Below are positions 25,785 through 36,485 of a stretch of DNA of 64,000 bases, piece by piece. Position 1 is the first letter of the stretch, and each line of letters opens with the position of its first letter. A program made the translations under genes and the position numbers. The stretch is from Antedon mediterranea. Lineage: Eukaryota > Animalia > Echinodermata. A model generated the notes under the pieces. That model made no database searches and was not told where the DNA came from. It was given only the letters and a program-made list of their open reading frames with translations. The stretch spans positions 1,938,422 through 2,002,421 of the forward strand of contig NC_092678.1 in assembly GCF_964355755.1 (NCBI RefSeq), in the 5' to 3' direction.

Positions 25785-26040
25785 AGGCTACATGTGCGCA
25801 GCCTGATCACTTTTGATGTGCTCGTATAACGAGATTTCAAGTTGAAAAGTGAATAAAATATGATGAATTGCCAAAGAAAGGTTGTAAAACAGTAATCGGG
25901 AAAAAAGAATGTGCATTAATGTTTAACGCGCAAAAATCTGCGCGCTAATGGCAATTTTTTAAACGCTTAAAATTGCCTGAAACGTACTCAAATTTCATCG
26001 AAAATAAATTCTAAGCGTGCATATTATATGCGCTACGTTG
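25785..26040 (-). repeat. Diverged inverted fragment of the same HINE core
   Basis: Reverse complement resembles ~25225-25475 (TGCTCGTATAACG, CTTAAAATTGCCTGAAA, TTTCATCGAAAATAAATT). Confidence 0.7.
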
Positions 26041-26679
26041 CTTCCGTTGTTGATGCATAAAATTTGTCATCAACAGCAGATGGTAGAGTCCATTAATTAC
26101 TGGGCATTTTTTAATTACCCAGTAAACCTACGTCACGACCCATGCATGGTCCAAAAATGTATCAAATTATTCCACAAATCGAAAATTGCGTAATCCAATG
26201 ACATGAGTGATCGTTGCCTTCAGTGATGAATTAAATGCATTGTTTTTAATGTGCTTTGAAGAAGCTTCGTATTTTAACAATGTGTGTTGGCGCATGTTTT
26301 TTGTGCTGTTAGTTATAATTTTTTTAATTTTAAAAGCGCTTGTCCTGGGACAAGAGAATACGTCAAATGTGGTTGTTTGACCGTAAAAAAAACACTTGTT
26401 CCAGGAGTCGGTTAAGTGGTTAACTAAAGCTGATTGCGCATTGCCCAAGTAAAATCTGTAAAATACTGCAAGTTAATTTTATGATTTGTAATGACAGTGG
26501 TGAAGTTATTTTTATTATATATGTACCTTAAATTAGGCCTACATTATGAAGCAGTGCAATGAAAATAAATAGTGTGTCTTCTTCACTTGTATACAAGTAA
26601 TGCAATGGCAGATTTATTAAATGCTAAAATAATACAAGAAAGTATGTTACAGACTTTCCTTTTTTGGTGTGTTACTCAC

Positions 26680-26792
26680 TTCTTTTTTAGTCCCGCCAGA
26701 CTTGCCATCCTTTCTTTTTCTGTTTTTTCGGTGTGGATTGTTTTAATGTGGCGGGACACATTTATTATGCGTGTCCCGCAAAAAGGACATTC
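26680..26792 (-). other. Zinc-finger exon type B (113 nt, phase 0 to 2)
   Basis: TTTTAG|ECPFCGTRIINVSRHIKTIHTEKTEKERMASLAGLKK|GTGAGT. Confidence 0.7.
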
Positions 26793-27824
26793 CTAAAACG
26801 AAAATAAAATATTTATATTGTATTGAATTATAAACGCATTTTAAATACTATATCTAAGCCTATATGTTTATGCTAAGTCTGTTATATGTAATTTTCAAAA
26901 TATTGTGTGTTCAGTGGCGTATCCAGTGGGGGGCCGGGGGCCCGGGCCCCCTGATTTTGTAGTGTTTGTTTATTTACATATCATATCATTGATCCCTTCA
27001 GATCAACTATTTTTTATTTTCATTACATCTAACGAAACACGTAAAAAATGTGTTGCACGTACGTACGGCCGTACGCGGTAGACTGTTTACTCAAAAGTCT
27101 TTGACCTTACCCTATTCAACCTTGTAATTTTCTTCTCTTTATACAAATCATGACATTCCGAAATGTTCGTTTATGACCTTTTAACCTTCAATTATTGTGA
27201 AATATTTGGTGGTGAAAGCTGAAAACCATATCATATATTTTGTCTGTTAAAGCATAGTTTTTCCACAAAGAATGATGCCTATAAAATGTGCTACCCAAAC
27301 GTAATGTGTTAGTACTGCACCATCTCTGAGAGGCTAGACAGCACAGCCTGCCGACAGTGACTGTCCGGCTCACTGGCCTAGGCAAGATCAGCTGAATTAC
27401 TAGGTGTCTATATTCAGCCTAAAGCAGGGTGAAATTACATTCAAACATGCCATACAATACTAAAAAGCATATAGCAACAGTAATAGTGATTTGGTAAGCT
27501 AAAAGTAAATGTAAAATAGCAAAAGTTGCACTAAGACTACTCACGCTTTTCCTGTATCTTCGTACATATGTGTAGTACAGTTCGTTGAGGGCAGTCCTCT
27601 GCTCATGGAAATCATACGTGTGCTTCGTTGAGTGATCTCCTAGCAGCCTGTTCATTTCCTGATCACGCACTGCTGGCTTTCGTTGAATTTCTGTGTAGTA
27701 CTACCTGTTGGATAATATTCCAAAGTAGAAATAATTTAAAATGGGAAAAAATCAACAAAATTACACTTGAACCCTCTAAGTTTGTTGCCACCACCTTTGG
27801 AACCTGACAAAGTGTCCTCTTGAT

Positions 27825-28668
27825 TTCGATCCAAGTCGGCCCTAAACCGTCTCGGCCAAAGTCAAGTCGGCACCAAGTCAAGTCGGCACCAAGTCAAGTC
27901 GACCCAAGTCAAGTCGGCCCCCGGTCAACTCGGCCTCAAGTCAACTCGGCCTCAAGTCAACTCGGCCTAACTCGGCCTCACGTCAACTCGGCCAAAAAAT
28001 AATCGGTCAACTCGACCCCATTAAAGTATGGAACGCAAAAAGTGCAAATGAAGGGGATTGATAAAATAATATTTATTCACATTTTTGATTGATTAATAAG
28101 CAGCATTCATACTATTATTGATGATTATATTGAACATTTGGATAATAAATAGGAACACATTGTAGGCCCAATAATGATGATGCACGTACGTGGGCGCGTA
28201 TGTTCGTTTGTGCGTCAAAATTCAATAAACATGTCCGATATGCGAGGAAATTTATTAGGTGTAATAAGATTGTTGAATCACGCGTAGATTTCTTCAGTGT
28301 ATGCATTTGATTAGGCGACAACATCTGAGATCAATTCGTAGCTGCGCCTCCCTGCGCCTTTGGCAGCTATTTCGATATCTACAACTGCTACGTGTTTTCG
28401 CTGGGGATTCCCCTTTTTAAAAAACGCAAATCATGGACAAAAACGATTTCTATGGCCAAATGGTGGAACGTAGGCCTACGTCTTCGATTTACTAAAATGC
28501 GGTAGGCCTACCTGCACGAGTTTTTGTAACACGCAGGTACTTCTATTCAAATCGGCAATGAGATCATTTTTTATATGATATTATTATCATATTTTTTTAA
28601 AGCGTGGATAGTAATAATCATGATAATATTAAGCACTTTTTGCATTTCATACTTTATTGTGGCCGAGT
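27825..28668. mobile_element. Foldback-type non-autonomous element with subterminal 10-15-bp repeats, right end truncated
   Basis: (CAAGTCAA(G/C)TCGGC)n at 27830-28020; ~36-bp inverted match between ~28010-28045 and ~28633-28668. Confidence 0.6.
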
Positions 28669-28995
28669 ATTATGAATTAGGAAAAGGATGAATATGGATC
28701 TTGTAGATTTTTAAGATGTTTGTTTACATGTGAATTGGTTTTTTTAATATACTGTATATTTTAATTGATTATTACTATGTATTTTTTAAAACTTGTTCAA
28801 CTTTTAATTTTATAGGACTTTTTTTTCTTTTGTAAATGGGGAAAATAGAAGAAATAGCTTATACTTTAAATTTTTTTTTTTTTCAAGTCACCGCTGCGTC
28901 GCTTTTGTTTTTGGTTTACCGTATTTATACTGAATTTCTGAAAAAAAAAAGGTAAACTGGAGCACAGTGTATTTAACATTGCAATATAGGCCTAC

Positions 28996-29086
28996 CGTGT
29001 GCATGCGTTTTTGATGTCTTTCAAGACGAACAAATTCAATGTCGCAGATGTCGCACTGTTTCAGTTTTCCCTTGGTGGGGTTTCTT
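28996..29086 (-). other. Zinc-finger exon type A, second minus-strand copy
   Basis: Same exon within a block (~28728-29490) duplicating ~23650-24410. Confidence 0.7.
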
Positions 29087-29312
29087 CTAAAAGTTAAAGA
29101 AAATAAAATCACATTATTACATAAAAACAATAATCAGTGGCTTATAGTTCTTCTGTTACAAATATTTCTAATATGAAAGTTTTAGAAGGCAAAAATTGTT
29201 TATTTAACATGTATATTTGAAACAACAATATTTATGTTTAGCTAGTAACATGCATCTGTTTTAGGCTATGTAATATGAGAGATAATATTGCATTTTCTTT
29301 CAGGACCATATG

Positions 29313-29998
29313 AATTCACTGTGAATCTGGTAGTGCCCTGACGGATGATATTTATTAATGCATCATCCGTCAGGTCACAGTAAACATTATACGTTGTTAA
29401 TTCACTGTGAATCTGGTAGTGCCCTGACGGATGATATTTAATAATGTATCCGTAAGTGCACATAAACATTATACGTTGTTAATTCACTGTGAATCTGGTA
29501 GTGCCCTGACGGATGATATTTATTATTGTATTATCCGTCAGGGCACATTATAGTAAACATTATACGTGTATCATCCGTCAGGGCACATATAGTAAACATT
29601 ATACGTTGTTAATTCACTGTGAATCTGGTAGTGCCCTGATGGATGATATTTATTAATGTATCATCCGTCAGGGCACCTTTGGTTAACATTATACGTTGTT
29701 AATTCACTGCGAATCTGGTAGTGCTCTGATGGATGATATTTATTAATGTATCATCCGTCAGGGCACCTTTGGTTAACATTATACGTTGTTAATTCACTGT
29801 GAATCTGTTAGTGCCCTGACGGATGATATTTATTAATGTATCATCCGTCAGGTCACATATAGTAAACATTATACGTTGTTAATTCACTGTGAATCTGGTA
29901 GTGCCCTAACGGATGATATTTATTAATGTATCATCCGTTAGGGCACCTTTGGTTAACATTATACGTTGTTAATTCACTGTGAATCTGGTAGTGCCCTG
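29313..29998. repeat. Hairpin minisatellite array 2 (mostly 90-bp units)
   Basis: Same monomer at 29313, 29399, 29481, 29611, 29701, 29791, 29881, 29971. Confidence 0.92.
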
Positions 29999-30070
29999 CT
30001 GACAAATGATATGCCACGACGTGGCGCTATACAATATTTGATTTAGACTCTTCCAACATGTTACCCGGCC

Positions 30071-30406
30071 GCGATTTTTTTTTTCGTACATAAGTTGGGG
30101 ACCCCATGTGAAAGTCAGCCGAACTACTTCCTAAATATAAACTAAACCTAACCCTCTTAATAATCTCTCTCTCACTATAAAGTAAAAGAAGTAGCTCATG
30201 GGAATCGAACCTCATACATCGACATGTAAATCCATAGTCTTATCCACTCGACTACACAGACGGCTCGACAGAAATCGTTTGCATTAGCGAATTGTAGTTA
30301 GCTTAATTCTTACGTCACACCTTATTGATATGACTAATGAATATTCATGTTTATTTTGTGACGTTTCACGAGGGGTCCCCAACTTCTGTACGAAAAGATA
30401 TATCGC
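30071..30406. mobile_element. MITE 1 of tandem trio
   Basis: TIRs GCGAT(T)nCGTACATAAGTTGGGGACCCC; flanked by TACCCGGCC at 30062-30070 and 30407-30415. Confidence 0.85.
30191..30260 (-). other. tRNA-derived (SINE-head-like) sequence inside MITE 1
   Basis: Minus strand has A-box-like TAGTCGAGTGG and B-box GGTTCGATTCCC at tRNA spacing; no convincing cloverleaf. Confidence 0.6.
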
Positions 30407-30415
30407 TACCCGGCC

Positions 30416-31343
30416 GCGATTTTTTTTTTCGTACATAAGTTGGGGACCCCTCATGAAACGTCACAAAATAAACATGAATAATTCATCAGTTAAATTTGTT
30501 GTTCCGTGTGCACCCAAGCGTATAGCAACAAGAAGTGATTACACGCACAACTAAACTGCGATACGATTCTTTCTACAGTAGGCCTAGGATTCTAGGTCAA
30601 TTCACGTGACGTGATTGCCTTCGCGCACTCTTCTTCTCACACACACCACTATGCAAAATGTGTCGAGGCTAATCGACAGCTAGGCAAGACATTAGACTAA
30701 GTAGTAAATTCATTGGACATAGCCCAAAGAAAGCTTAGACCCACAAGAATAAAAAATGTGTATAATATTTGTGTACTGTAATTTTTTAATTCTGCTATTT
30801 TATTATCAAACAATATGCATGTACTCAAAGGAACTTTAAAAATGCGCGTATATGAACACATGAGATGGGAAGATTAGACCCACGAGAATAAAAAATGTAT
30901 TTTTGTGTAATGTTTATTGTTTAATTTTGCTGACTTATTACTCGGATTGTGTCATACCTAACACACACACGTAACACACACCCACACAGCTACTACTAGG
31001 CCTAGAATAGACATGGGTTTAGAGACTATTAGGCCTAATAGTATTAATAGAAACTATAATTTTAACACGTAATTCTTTAGTAATAAATTATATTAAAAAC
31101 TCCATAAACTAAAGGCTGATTATTTCGACAATCCACACAAAACGCCGCTATTCTTCTATGAAATCGCACGCCGCAACAACAGCGGAGATAGGACTAGAAT
31201 CGTACCGCACTTGTGTAATCACTTCTTGTTGCTATACGCTTGGGTGCACACGGAACAAGAAAATTTAATCATGAATTATTCATGTTTATTTTGTGACGTT
31301 TCATGAGGGGGTCCCCAACTTATGTACGAAAAAAAAAAATCGC
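30416..31343. mobile_element. MITE 2 of tandem trio (~130-bp TIRs)
   Basis: 30416-30545 is inverted at ~31213-31343; followed by TACCCGGCC 31344-31352. Confidence 0.88.
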
Positions 31344-31352
31344 TACCCGGCC

Positions 31353-31460
31353 AGCGATTGGGTGCACACGGAACAAGAAAATTTAACTGATGAATTATTC
31401 ATGTTTATTTTGTGACGTTTCATGAGGGGGTCCCCAACTTATGTACGAAAAAAAAATCGC
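31353..31460. mobile_element. MITE 3 of tandem trio (internally deleted, mostly right TIR)
   Basis: AGCGAT start, right TIR copy, followed by ACCCGGCC 31461-31468. Confidence 0.75.
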
Positions 31461-31968
31461 ACCCGGCCACCATTATAGCGTAGCGATGATTTTCATGTGA
31501 CTTGCACGTGGCGTTTGTCGTGCGGATAACTAACTCGTCAAAGTGACCAATTCAAATCTAGTTTTTTTTAAATTCTGTTTTGTCGAATTAAAATTATACC
31601 TAACTAGATTGAATTCGTCACTTTGTACAGTAGATGCATTGATTTAAATAAAGATAATAGATTTAAAAAAAAAAAATTATACTGATTGATTGGTTTTGTC
31701 AGGGATCTTTTGTTATTTATAATATGAAAGATGAATCTTGGTAACCCAAATACAATAGCCGGTATCACTGCACATTGAGAAACTTCAATATTTTTTTTAA
31801 TGATGCATGGCCCAAGTATATACTTTCAACTTTAATCAATAAACATTTTAAAGAAGATAGGTTAATGTTAAGTTTGTTATTTCGGTCAAGGAAAATGTCA
31901 TAGTCTGTTTGATTGTCAAAAAAAAACCCAATTATATTTAATATGCAATTAATGATGAGGTAGTCCAC

Positions 31969-32785
31969 TTTTTTGTCACGTGGACTCTATAGTTCACTAT
32001 GTCGGTCGGTCGGTCTGTCTGTCTGTCTGTCGGTCTGTCTGTCTGTCGGTCCGGTATCACTATGCGTTTTATCGCTTTCTGACCTTATCTTGAAATCAGT
32101 TTAATCTAGCTAGGTCAATTTTTCACAGTATATTCCTTATGGCCAGGAATCAATGTGGTTATGTTTTCACGGTGCGCAATAAAAAATTACGCGGTCTACG
32201 CACGATTTAACGAAATCACGTTTGTAATCATATCTTCACAACCATGAATCACAATTAAATAAAATTTGGTACTCATAAATTTCAGGGCATAAATCATCAT
32301 ATGGCAATACAATTACGTGCGTAGCGCATGTAACACATGCGTACGCGCGCTTAACATTTTCAAAATTTATTTTCGATGAAATAAGAGTACATTTCAGGCA
32401 ATTTTAAGTGTTTACAAAATTGCCATGAGTGCGCATATTTTTGCGCGCGCACTGCGCGTTAAATGTTATTACGCACTCTTTTTGCCCGATTTCTGTTTTC
32501 TTGACTTACTTTTCAACTCGAAATTACGTTATACGAGCACGTCGAAAGTGACAGGCTACGCACGTGTAAATTTTAAAAAAACAAATGTTTTTAAACATTT
32601 CAACATTTTTAAACATGTTCAGTAATTTCGGTCAGTATAGTTCACTATGTCGGTCGGTCGGTCTCTCTGTCTGTCTGTCGGTCAGTCGGTCTGTCTGTCG
32701 GTCTGGCTGTCGGTCAGTCGGTCTGTCGGTCTGTCTGTATCACTATGCATTGTAGCACGCGACTTAATGGCTGTTGGCCTTGTTT
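31969..32785 (+). mobile_element. Helentron-associated (HINE/DINE-1-like) element
   Basis: T-run + GTCACGTG at the 5' end, (GTCG/GTCT)n tracts, inverted CACGCGAC near the 3' end, small hairpin, ends in TT. Confidence 0.7.
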
Positions 32786-33566
32786 AAACTTACTGTATTC
32801 TGTACACATTTGACGTACAAAATGTTGTGACATCATCAAATGGCCACTTGAATTTAAAAATTAGGATTTTATTTTCTTTTTTGGTAGGTTATCACATTCA
32901 ACAAAGCGCTCAGTTATTTGAGCCTGATTTTCACTCAAATTTCAGTATGGCTTGCACAATTAATAATCTTCTCAGGGGATGCAATATTTCATTTTGATGA
33001 CGATGACGTCATCACGCGTAAAACTTGAATAACGTACGTCGTGTAATTTCACCTTCATAATATCTCAGAATTAAAGCTGACCTTGATGATTATGAAAGCT
33101 GATGAAATTTACATATGAATTCATATAAAAAGTAAGCCTATTGGATGTTTTGACGTTATGATATGGCCAGTTGAAGTTAAAAAGTATTTTTTTCATCTAT
33201 TTCGTCAAATTTATAAAAATTTCAACGCTTCTACGTGCTAAATTTTCTTCCAAATCTAATATTTCTTTGCTCAAATCATTATCTTTCAAAATTTGATAAC
33301 GTCGTTATACCAACAATTTAGAACATGATGTGGGTCCCGTAATTTCATCTATGCTACACTGCATATGGATATACAGTATACTGTTCATTCTTATGACACA
33401 TAGGTACAACTCAGCACTATAAGCGTAAATGCATCATGTCATAGGATGGCATCAACTTTTTACGTGCATGTTTCTTTAAAATTAAATGTCAGTAAAATTA
33501 TAAAAATAATCACCTATTATTTGTCACAGTGTAACATTAAATTCTAGTTGTTATATTATATTTCAG

Positions 33567-33599
33567 AAAGAAAATATGAACTCTAAAAAAGAGAAGAGA
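33567..33599 (+). other. Linker micro-exon type D (33 nt, phase 0 to 0)
   Basis: TTTCAG|KENMNSKKEKR|GTAAGC. Confidence 0.6.
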
Positions 33600-33752
33600 G
33601 TAAGCAAAATAATCTTTTCAATTTTTAAACCCTAACACACAATATTTTGAAAATTACATATAACAGACTTAGCATAAACATTTAGGCTTAGATATAGTAT
33701 TTAAAATGTGTTTATAATTAAATACAATATAAATATTTTATTTTCGTTTTAG

Positions 33753-33865
33753 GAATGTCCTTTTTGCGGCAAAAATATTATAAACGTTTCCAGACACATA
33801 TCTGAAGTCCACAAAGATGTCGGTGAGAACGAAAGACGGGCCAGTCTGGCTCAATTAAGAAAAAT
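33753..33865 (+). other. Zinc-finger exon type B, intact splice sites
   Basis: TTTTAG|ECPFCGKNIINVSRHISEVHKDVGENERRASLAQLRK|GTGAGT. Confidence 0.72.
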
Positions 33866-33954
33866 GTGAGTAACAACCCAAAAAAGTCTGTAACATACTT
33901 TCTTGTGTTATTTTTAGCATTCAATAAATCTACCATTGCATTATTTATTCAAGT

Positions 33955-34040
33955 ATTTGGTTTACTCGTACCCATTATTTGGCTTACCCGTACCCATTTT
34001 TGGCTTACTCGTACCCATTATTTGGCCTACTCGTACCCAA
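33955..34040. repeat. ~21-bp tandem repeat x4
   Basis: TTGGCTTACTCGTACCCATT variants. Confidence 0.8.
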
Positions 34041-34317
34041 TTTGAATAATTACTTCTAATGATTTGATCGGCGCAAAACATTATCGACCATGATGCTTTC
34101 TGTGTCGTATGCAATTTTCGATTTGGGGAGGTAACTTGATACATTTTTGGACCATGAAGAAAAAGGGAGAGGTCACATATCTAATATGTTTGTATGACGT
34201 CACAGTTCCCAGAGTGCTTTATGAATAAAAGTTACTCTCCATATTGATCTCGCATAGCTGGTGGTCGATTCATTTTGTTGCAACTAATAATTGCAACATT
34301 TTTATATTATATTTTAG

Positions 34318-34353
34318 AAAGAAAATAATATGAAATCAATCCGGCAAAACAGA
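34318..34353 (+). other. Linker micro-exon D1 (36 nt), one per array unit
   Basis: TTTTAG|KENNMKSIRQNR|GTAAGC. Confidence 0.55.
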
Positions 34354-34373
34354 GTAAGCACAATAATCTTTTC

Positions 34374-34500
34374 AATTCCTGTATCTATCCGCGAAGAAGT
34401 ACAGGAAAAGCTAAACAAGTTGCTAAAAGGTTATACAAAAAGGTGACAGCACCTACTGAGTGGGTCTTTAACATGGTGATCGCAAGAAAGCAAGATAAGC
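34374..34500 (+). pseudogene. Gypsy RT N-terminal fragment, one per array unit
   Basis: IPVSIREEV(Q/R)EKLNKLLK / VIQKVTAPTEWVFNMVIARK, compare Gypsy B VIEKVTEPTEWCAPMAVTLKK. Confidence 0.75.
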
Positions 34501-34804
34501 ACTCGATGAAATGTTGCAAGATTAAAACAAGGAAAACAACAATTTGATTTTTAGTGCCATAAATCAAGGGTATAAAACATACTATGTTTTGCAAAGAATA
34601 GTTTGTAGTAGTAGACAAACACATAAAGCGGAAAGATAAGGTAGGCCTATTGCCATTTTTAATACCAAGGGTATACAACGAATTTGCAAGTTTTCCAAAG
34701 AACAGTTTGTACGAGTAGACAAACTAAGGGTATAAAACATAAGGACTAAGCCACTGATTATTGTTTTTATGTAATAATGTGATTTTATTTTCTTTAACTT
34801 TTAG

Positions 34805-34895
34805 AAGAAACCCCACCAAGGGAAAACTGAAACAGTGCGACATCTGCGACATTGAATTTGTTCGTCTGGAAAGACATCAAAAACGCATGCACACG
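34805..34895 (+). other. Zinc-finger exon A1 (first of 13 near-identical copies in the array)
   Basis: Pyrimidine tract + AG|RNPTKGKLKQCDICDIEFVRLERH(Q/K)KRMHT|GTAGGC. Confidence 0.72.
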
Positions 34896-35335
34896 GTAGG
34901 CCTATATTGCAATGTTAAATACACTGTGCTCCAGTTTACCATTTAAAAAAAAATTCAGTATAAATACGGTAAACCAAAAACAAAAGCGACGCAGCGGTGA
35001 CTTGAAAAAAAAAGAAATTTAAAGTATAACGCCATCACACTCGCACGCCCTCGTGTGTTGTTGTTGCAGTGCGCCACCTAGCGCCCTATCGAGCGACATT
35101 GTTGTCGCCATGTGTTAGTTGGTTCTAGTAGGCTTAGTGTCGAAAAAACATACTATGTTTTGCAAAGAATAGTTTGTAGTAGTAGATAAACACATAAAGC
35201 AGAAAGATAAGGTAGGCCTATTGCCATTTTTAATACCAAGGGTATACAACGAATTTGCAAGTTTTGCTAAGCCACTGATTATTGTTTTTATGTAATAATG
35301 TGATTTTATTATTATTTTCTTTTTTTTTCTTTTAG

Positions 35336-35426
35336 AAGAAACCCAACCAAGGGAAAACCCAAAATGTGTGACATATGCAAAATTGAATATGTGCGTGTGG
35401 ATCGACATATAAAACGTATGCACACG
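35336..35426 (+). other. Zinc-finger exon A2 (first of 7 copies, L units only)
   Basis: AG|RNPTKGKPKMCDICKIEYVRVDRHIKRMHT|GTAGGC. Confidence 0.72.
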
Positions 35427-35717
35427 GTAGGCCTATATTGCAATGTTAAATACACTGTGGTCGAGTTTACCATTTTTTTTATAAAATTCAGTATAAATAC
35501 GGTAAACCAAAAACAAAAGCGACGCAGCGGTGACTTGAAAAAAAAAGAAATTTAAAGTATAACGCCATCACACTCGCACGCCCTCGTGTGTTGTTGTTGC
35601 AGTGCGCCACCTTGCGCCCTATGTTTTGAATATTACATCAGACTTAGCATAAACATATAGGTTTAATATCTAAAATGTGTTTATAATTAAATACATAAAT
35701 ATTTCATTTTTGTTTTT

Positions 35718-35830
35718 GTGTCCTTTTTGCGAGACACGCATAGTAAATGTGTCCCGCCATATAAACACAATACACAACGAAAAAACGGACAAAGAAAGAA
35801 GGGCCAGTCTGGCGAAACTAAAAAAGAAGT
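35718..35830 (+). pseudogene. Zinc-finger exon B* with lost acceptor (7 copies, L units)
   Basis: CPFCETRIVNVSRHINTIH...KK|GTGAGT, but upstream reads TTTTTGTGTCCT instead of TTTTAGGAATGTCCT. Confidence 0.65.
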
Positions 35831-36364
35831 GAGTAACACACCAAAAAAGGAAAATCTGTAACATACTTTCTTGTATTATTTTAGCATTTAATAAATCTAC
35901 CATTGCATTACTTGGATACAAGTGAAGAAGACACACTATTTATTTTCATTGCACCAGAACGCTGCTTTATAATGTAGGCCTAATTAAAGGGACATATATA
36001 ATGAAAATAACTTTTTTAATGACCACTGTCATTACAAAATCGTAAAATGAACTTGCAGGATTTTACTTGGGCAAGGCAATCAGCTTTAATAGCAAACCCA
36101 CTTTCCCAACTCCTGGGACAAGTGTTTTTTTTCAGTCAAACAAACACATTTGACGTATTCTCTTGTCCCATAACAAGCGCTTTTAAAATAAGAAAAATTG
36201 TAACAGCACAAAAAACCATGCGGCAACACACATTGTTAAAATACGAAGCTTCTTCAAAGCACATTAAAACCAGTGCATTTCATCACTGAAGGCAAAAATC
36301 ACTTATGTCATTAGATTATGCAATTTTCGATTTGGGGAGGTAACTTGATACATTTTTGGACCAT

Positions 36365-36485
36365 GAAGAAAAAGGGAGATGTCACATATCTAATATGTTT
36401 GTATGACGTCACAGTTCCCAGAGTGCTTTATGAATAAAAGTTACTCTCCATATTGATCTCGCATAGCTGGTGGTCGATTCATTTT
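36365..36485 (+). repeat. PPT + LTR-like fragment, one per array unit
   Basis: GAAGAAAAAGGGAGA then TGTCACAT..., with TGACGTCA and AATAAA. Confidence 0.55.

Noticed and set aside
26913-26955. CAGTGGCG-starting GC-rich MITE-like end
   Set aside because: No matching opposite TIR or TSD found in the window
24229-29998. Palindromic repeats resembling a CRISPR array
   Set aside because: Sequences between the hairpins are themselves repeated (no unique spacers), there are no cas genes, and the context is eukaryotic
30191-30260. Functional tRNA gene
   Set aside because: A/B boxes are present but the acceptor and anticodon stems do not pair convincingly
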